DNA of 28,954 nucleotides from Pedosphaera sp. (GTDB taxonomy: Bacteria > Verrucomicrobiota > Verrucomicrobiia > Limisphaerales > SIBH01): assembly GCA_031414955.1 (NCBI GenBank), contig JANOQV010000205.1, forward strand, positions 1 to 28,954. The letters are read 5' to 3'. This document shows positions 26,101-28,954 of this stretch, in pieces. How positions within the stretch are numbered: position 1 is the first letter of the stretch; every line of letters starts with the position of its first letter. The notes below the pieces were generated by a model. It was not told the origin of the DNA. It was given only the letters and a program-made list of their open reading frames with translations, and ran no database searches. The position numbers and the translations under genes are program-made.

Positions 26101-27082
26101 GGATGTCACACCGAAGGATCTTCGTCTTCGCAAAGTTTATCCCCCGACACTATCCGACTACCTCTTTGCTGCGTGGAGCGGGTACCTGTCCGAGCTGTAT
26201 CGCTACGTTGAACTGACTGCGGAGCAGTTCTTGGGGACGCTTGCTCCCAAAGCAAATGCCAAACAATCGGTGGCGGACTACCAGAAGCGGTTGGAGTGGT
26301 CGAATTTTCTCGGCTGGTTGAAAGACGAAAGCCGTGAGCCAACACTTGCTCCGGACGAAGCAGAAATGCGGATTACCTTGAATCCAAAATCAATGCCAGT
26401 TTTCAAAAAGGACGCCGCAGGCGCATGGACAGTTGTGATGCCCGACCGCGAAAAGCTGCTCAAGTCCATGCCAGAGGATTTTCAAAAACGACTGTGCTTC
26501 GCCCATTACCAAAGCTGGATGGAGAGACGTCCAATGGAATTTGCGTTCCCATCAACAGTGAGAATCCCCATCGTGCGGGTGCGTTTTCGCCAGCCGGTCA
26601 ATGATAATTCCGTCGCCATTGGCCCCAAGAGCATCCCAGGATACAACGGAGGGCATGTCTATGTGAAACGTGGAGAGATTCGAGCAGTAAGGCTGATGCC
26701 GTACGCTCACGGTCTCGGCGTGGTGCCGGTGTTTGTGCCGTATTCAAAACAGGACAAGCCATTCTCGAACTACGAGTTCATCCCTGATGCGGAGCCAGCG
26801 TTGACATTGCGTAAGAAGGTCATTGTGCGCTTTGCCAAGGATTACAATCCGGATTATCCCGCGGGAGACTACGTGGTCACGGTGCTGGGCGAGTCAGTCG
26901 TCAAATTCATACTCCCCCACGTCGTCAACACCAAGGAAGCCCTATTAGCGAACGGGTTTCCCAAGAGCGGCCTTCAAGCCAAATGGCACCTGCTCATTCC
27001 CGCCTTGGGGTTTCAATTTCCGACCGTAGCCGTCACTGAATCAGAGGGTGGAGATGAAGAAGGTGACGCGGATGATACATGA
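23177..27082 (+). CDS. cas9: Type II-C CRISPR endonuclease Cas9 (divergent)
   Basis: 1301 aa. RuvC-I FGFDVGTGSIG (D18), Arg-rich bridge helix, RuvC-II IVVEAVR (E523), HNH (CPFC..DISHLYP..N..HTHCN, H602), RuvC-III DHRHHALDA (H782/D785). Followed by cas1-cas2 with no csn2 or cas4. Confidence 0.95.
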   Translation: MKTDSQPSFETGLVFGFDVGTGSIGYAVRKGPEFKDVGVLICPEETGKLDVRRGLRSGRRRLRNRARVRDWFAAQLETLGLPSPYLMMKDQLSGEERIQIHPKGHPCAGQPILKPGLDCRRLCNPVLLRCEAVQGRLEKPEELHIALMHLWKLKGKTNVPWKDEGEEKEAEDPKKQKDKEKEKKVIEEKLDRLAQAMRDGGFSYPCQLLQHRCEQGMKCRDEVWPRDEFQSKDFNLKQEFLAIMEKQSARLPMLAGKVTYQDDEGQDVSVSASDWLLYGDTRVVTCNGDQRRVYFKTTECANPGVLGLRWPRFVNRNPGLDLLTPFDANGRPLHVVKRNKEVFRETQWEQALFNFRVLDKATGKKVLPDLASLNRLREIYESSKRKPKKNSKAKATPAEDAKDVEIKISKSVLKYWAKEYERRYQLLEDQTELVSRTGDGRAKFSSATLANIKQVLQSLSAGQTMDAIQPLLREGGESKEAAMTRFLNDIRHGLVRHRLMLFLRLLRRLVKEHGQPPDFIVVEAVRTLAFSEKKKKELKTEQKKNRDKRERIYRELKEDGHSTSKDASLRYRLAEEAGFECPFCRCPFCLENVLVKDADISHLYPKALTPCNEFYNLTIAHTHCNRTDMEARIPREAFGSSPLWEAIVANARKRFSGKKLQLFLAPTREDAEKIIESKTSLTATAYIAKMVRRLCLIELNWLENGRDPTNKEGNIPSKQFLVTNGEITARFRQEWELNELLHSVIPPVFYDEWNAMTSDEREAHKEARKKRFEKNRGDHRHHALDAMVIACTWPAYAQRVHNATKDWQDKGWWHLDRVKKRLMARHPLYPNHKPMKEAVKAWMDRVLRENRVQHHASQSKHKQAYKTSFFSQRPGSQLIPRNSAGRLSIPATPAGKSQSVLTLTSKSSEKTVELNQQEANEYQRLALEKSEAIAKSLAFNRELPCQIAARHKAELEKVNAEKIDKSIYLLREKVVDVTPKDLRLRKVYPPTLSDYLFAAWSGYLSELYRYVELTAEQFLGTLAPKANAKQSVADYQKRLEWSNFLGWLKDESREPTLAPDEAEMRITLNPKSMPVFKKDAAGAWTVVMPDREKLLKSMPEDFQKRLCFAHYQSWMERRPMEFAFPSTVRIPIVRVRFRQPVNDNSVAIGPKSIPGYNGGHVYVKRGEIRAVRLMPYAHGLGVVPVFVPYSKQDKPFSNYEFIPDAEPALTLRKKVIVRFAKDYNPDYPAGDYVVTVLGESVVKFILPHVVNTKEALLANGFPKSGLQAKWHLLIPALGFQFPTVAVTESEGGDEEGDADDT

Positions 27083-28125
27083 GCTACCACATTCTCCATC
27101 TGCTCAGCCACAACCTGCGCGTCCGACTGAAGCTTGATCAGCTTCACATCAAGGACACGGAGACAGGTCATGAGCGAACGGTGCCGCTGGCCGACATCGC
27201 GGCAATTGTCTGCGCGGCGCGGGATGCCGAGTTCACGGCAGGTTCGTTGCGGCGGATGGCAGAACTGAATGTGCTCTTGCTGGTCTGCAATGAGAAGTTC
27301 GAGCCATGTTCCATCACCCTGCCCTACTACCGTGCTACGAATACGGAACTGCTCCGGCGGCAAATCGAATGGACGCCGGAGTGGAAGGAGAAGATGTGGC
27401 GGCAAGTCATCACCGCCAAAGTTCGCAACCAGGCGGCAAATCTCGCGCATCTGAAACGCGCACATACGGTGTTGACCGCCATTGCCGATAGATGCGCCAA
27501 CCCGCCTGTAGCAGCCGACGTAAGGAGGCTCCATACGAGTTCCGATGAAATCGATCAGAGCCTCCTTACGTCGGCTGCTACAGGGAAAATTAATCTCGCC
27601 ACGATCACTGCCTCCAAGCGTGCTGGTTTTCATTCCAATACTCCCGATGCCTGCGAATCCCGCGCCGCACGCCACTACTGGAAGCATCTTCTTCCGCGGC
27701 TTTCGGAATGGCAGAAGACGGACGAACGCCGGAGAACTCCCGGCACACGCGAAGGCGTCAACGGCATGTTAGATTATGGCTATGCGATAGTCCGAAGCGC
27801 CGTCCTTCGCTCCCTCGCGGCACATGGTTTCATCGCGGCCATTGGTATCGCTCACGCGCCCAAGGCCGGAAGCTTTGCGCTGGCGGATGACTTGATGGAA
27901 CCATTTCGTCCGTGGGTGGATCTTGAATTGCGTCAATTTCTCCAAGGCGGCGAACGACCGATGAGAGAATGGATGCAGCAAGTCGTCAAAGTTCTCGCTG
28001 TGGAAGTTCCGATGGGCAAAACCAAAGTGCGGATGCTGAACGCCATTGATCTGTACGTCCAAAGTTTTGCTGATGCCGCGCTGGCTCGAATGCCGTTGCC
28101 GTTGAAAATCCCTTTGCTCCCGTGA
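27079..28125 (+). CDS. cas1: Type II CRISPR-associated endonuclease Cas1
   Basis: 348 aa. VPLADIAAIV, WRQVITAKVRNQ, ESRAARHYW, NGMLDYGYAIVRS, GIAH..FALADDLMEPFRPWVD. ATGA overlap with cas9. Confidence 0.95.
   Translation: MSYHILHLLSHNLRVRLKLDQLHIKDTETGHERTVPLADIAAIVCAARDAEFTAGSLRRMAELNVLLLVCNEKFEPCSITLPYYRATNTELLRRQIEWTPEWKEKMWRQVITAKVRNQAANLAHLKRAHTVLTAIADRCANPPVAADVRRLHTSSDEIDQSLLTSAATGKINLATITASKRAGFHSNTPDACESRAARHYWKHLLPRLSEWQKTDERRRTPGTREGVNGMLDYGYAIVRSAVLRSLAAHGFIAAIGIAHAPKAGSFALADDLMEPFRPWVDLELRQFLQGGERPMREWMQQVVKVLAVEVPMGKTKVRMLNAIDLYVQSFADAALARMPLPLKIPLLP
27505..27584. repeat. GTAG-type REP-like palindrome inserted in frame in cas1
   Basis: Perfect 27-bp inverted repeat cctgtagcagccgacgtaaggaggctc / gagcctccttacgtcggctgctacagg with a 26-nt loop. 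Confidence 0.92.
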
Positions 28126-28592
28126 ACGACGAAGAATTATTGCCGGATGAACATCCGCCTCGCGAAGCGGATGAAAGTCTGGTCGATTCCTTTTCCCTCA
28201 AACCTTCAACCGCTGCCGATTCCGCCCCGACCCGCCGTTCGCGTGGCAAGCAGGGGCGCGATCCTGTATGCAGCAAATACCGTATGGCCTGGGTGCTTGT
28301 CTTCTTCGACCTTCCCGTGGGCACGCCGGAAGAACGCCGCGATGCGTCGCGCTTCCGCAACGATTTGCTCAAGGACGGATATATGATGGTGCAGTTCAGC
28401 GTCTATGCGCGCCCGTGCGGTTCTGCCGACCGCGTGGAAACTCAAGTGCGTCGTCTCAAGCCAAAGATTCCCGCGCAGGGCGAAGTGCGGGGATTGATCA
28501 TCTCCGACGCGCAATGGGGAAGGATGTTGGTCGTCCGCAGCCAGCAGAAAGCGGAGTCGGAAACAATGCCGGAACAAATGATGTTCTTGTGA
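28122..28592 (+). CDS. cas2: CRISPR-associated Cas2
   Basis: YRMAWVLVFFDLPV, FRNDLLKDGYMMVQFSVYAR. The GTG start overlaps the cas1 stop (GTGA); an alternative ATG lies at 28284. Confidence 0.95.
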   Translation: MNDEELLPDEHPPREADESLVDSFSLKPSTAADSAPTRRSRGKQGRDPVCSKYRMAWVLVFFDLPVGTPEERRDASRFRNDLLKDGYMMVQFSVYARPCGSADRVETQVRRLKPKIPAQGEVRGLIISDAQWGRMLVVRSQQKAESETMPEQMMFL

Positions 28593-28602
28593 AAATGCAG
28601 AG

Positions 28603-28644
28603 AAAAAAAGAAAAGACCGGCACTGACTTTCATCAGCACCGGTC
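28603..28644 (-). terminator. Rho-independent terminator ending the tracrRNA
   Basis: Minus strand gaccggtgctgat-gaaa-gtcagtgccggtc followed by ttttcttttttt. Confidence 0.85.
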
Positions 28645-28784
28645 AAGACCTCGTATCCGAGTGATTACTCACTCACACCATTCGGTGCTCCGGGTGGACA
28701 GTCTTTCGACTGCGTTCCAGTTTAACCGGAGGTTGGTCAACATATTTGAGATGGTGCCCCCCGTCCAAAAGATGCAATCAACTC
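28603..28784 (-). ncRNA. tracrRNA (~180 nt)
   Basis: The anti-repeat at 28744-28775 (minus: GCAUCUUUUGGACGGGGGGCA-CC-AUCUCAAAU) pairs with the repeat GUUUGGGAUUGCCCCCCGUCCAAGGGAUGC. Promoter upstream, several hairpins and a terminator downstream. The 5' end is estimated. Confidence 0.88.
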
Positions 28785-28790
28785 GAGACC

Positions 28791-28819
28791 GTTCTACAAA
28801 CTCCACTTTCCGCCGTCAA
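28791..28819 (-). promoter_or_regulatory. Sigma70-like promoter of the tracrRNA
   Basis: Minus strand TTGACG (28819-28814), 17-nt spacer, TAGAAC (28796-28791). Confidence 0.65.
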
Positions 28820-28822
28820 GCC

Positions 28823-28954
28823 AGAGTCGCATCCCTTGGACGGGGGGCAATCCCAAACCGGCGCCGACTAGACCAGCTCCCGCGGGGCAGAGTCGCTTCC
28901 CTTGGACGGGGGGCAATCCCTAACGCGCGAAGACAAAACCAACGGGCGCGGAGG
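28823..28954 (-). CRISPR. CRISPR array, visible part (2 repeats of 36 nt, 30-nt spacer; window ends 30 nt after repeat 2)
   Basis: Repeats at 28823-28858 and 28889-28924 (34/36 identical), spacer 28859-28888. crRNA sense GTTTGGGATTGCCCCCCGTCCAAGGGATGCGACTCT is inferred from tracrRNA pairing. Confidence 0.92.

Noticed and set aside
27079..28822. csn2 or cas4 (type II-A/II-B assignment)
   Set aside because: There is no room or ORF for either gene; the cas2-array gap is occupied by the tracrRNA.
28859..28954. Self-targeting by the spacers
   Set aside because: I saw no protospacer match within this window by eye; the rest of the genome cannot be tested.

Overview
GC-rich bacterial DNA, probably from a Verrucomicrobiota/PVC organism (inferred from the PSD1/DUF1501 gene pair and the PVC-type palindromic repeats). 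The left half holds a DUF1501 + planctomycete-cytochrome (DUF1549/DUF1553) pair and a four-gene operon: flotillin/SPFH, a giant ~1820-aa AAA+ ATPase, a hypothetical protein and a PLD-family nuclease. After it come a porin + transglutaminase-like pair, gnd, a PAS hybrid histidine kinase and a tiny Fis-like HTH gene. The right half is a defence island. A ~2.2 kb block of in-frame chimeric gene fragments (DUF900/hsdS and hsdR/hsdM/nucleotidyltransferase) surrounds an intact zeta-toxin-like pair and is bracketed by two copies of a promoter/5'UTR. Next are a vestigial Cas9-like N-terminus and a type II-C CRISPR locus: a divergent 1301-aa Cas9, cas1 with an in-frame REP-like palindrome, cas2 with an N-terminal extension, a long (~180 nt) structured tracrRNA and the start of a 36-nt-repeat array. 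The best candidates for new biology are the flotillin-ATPase-PLD operon and the atypical Cas9/long tracrRNA pair. All family calls come from motif recognition by eye, not database searches.
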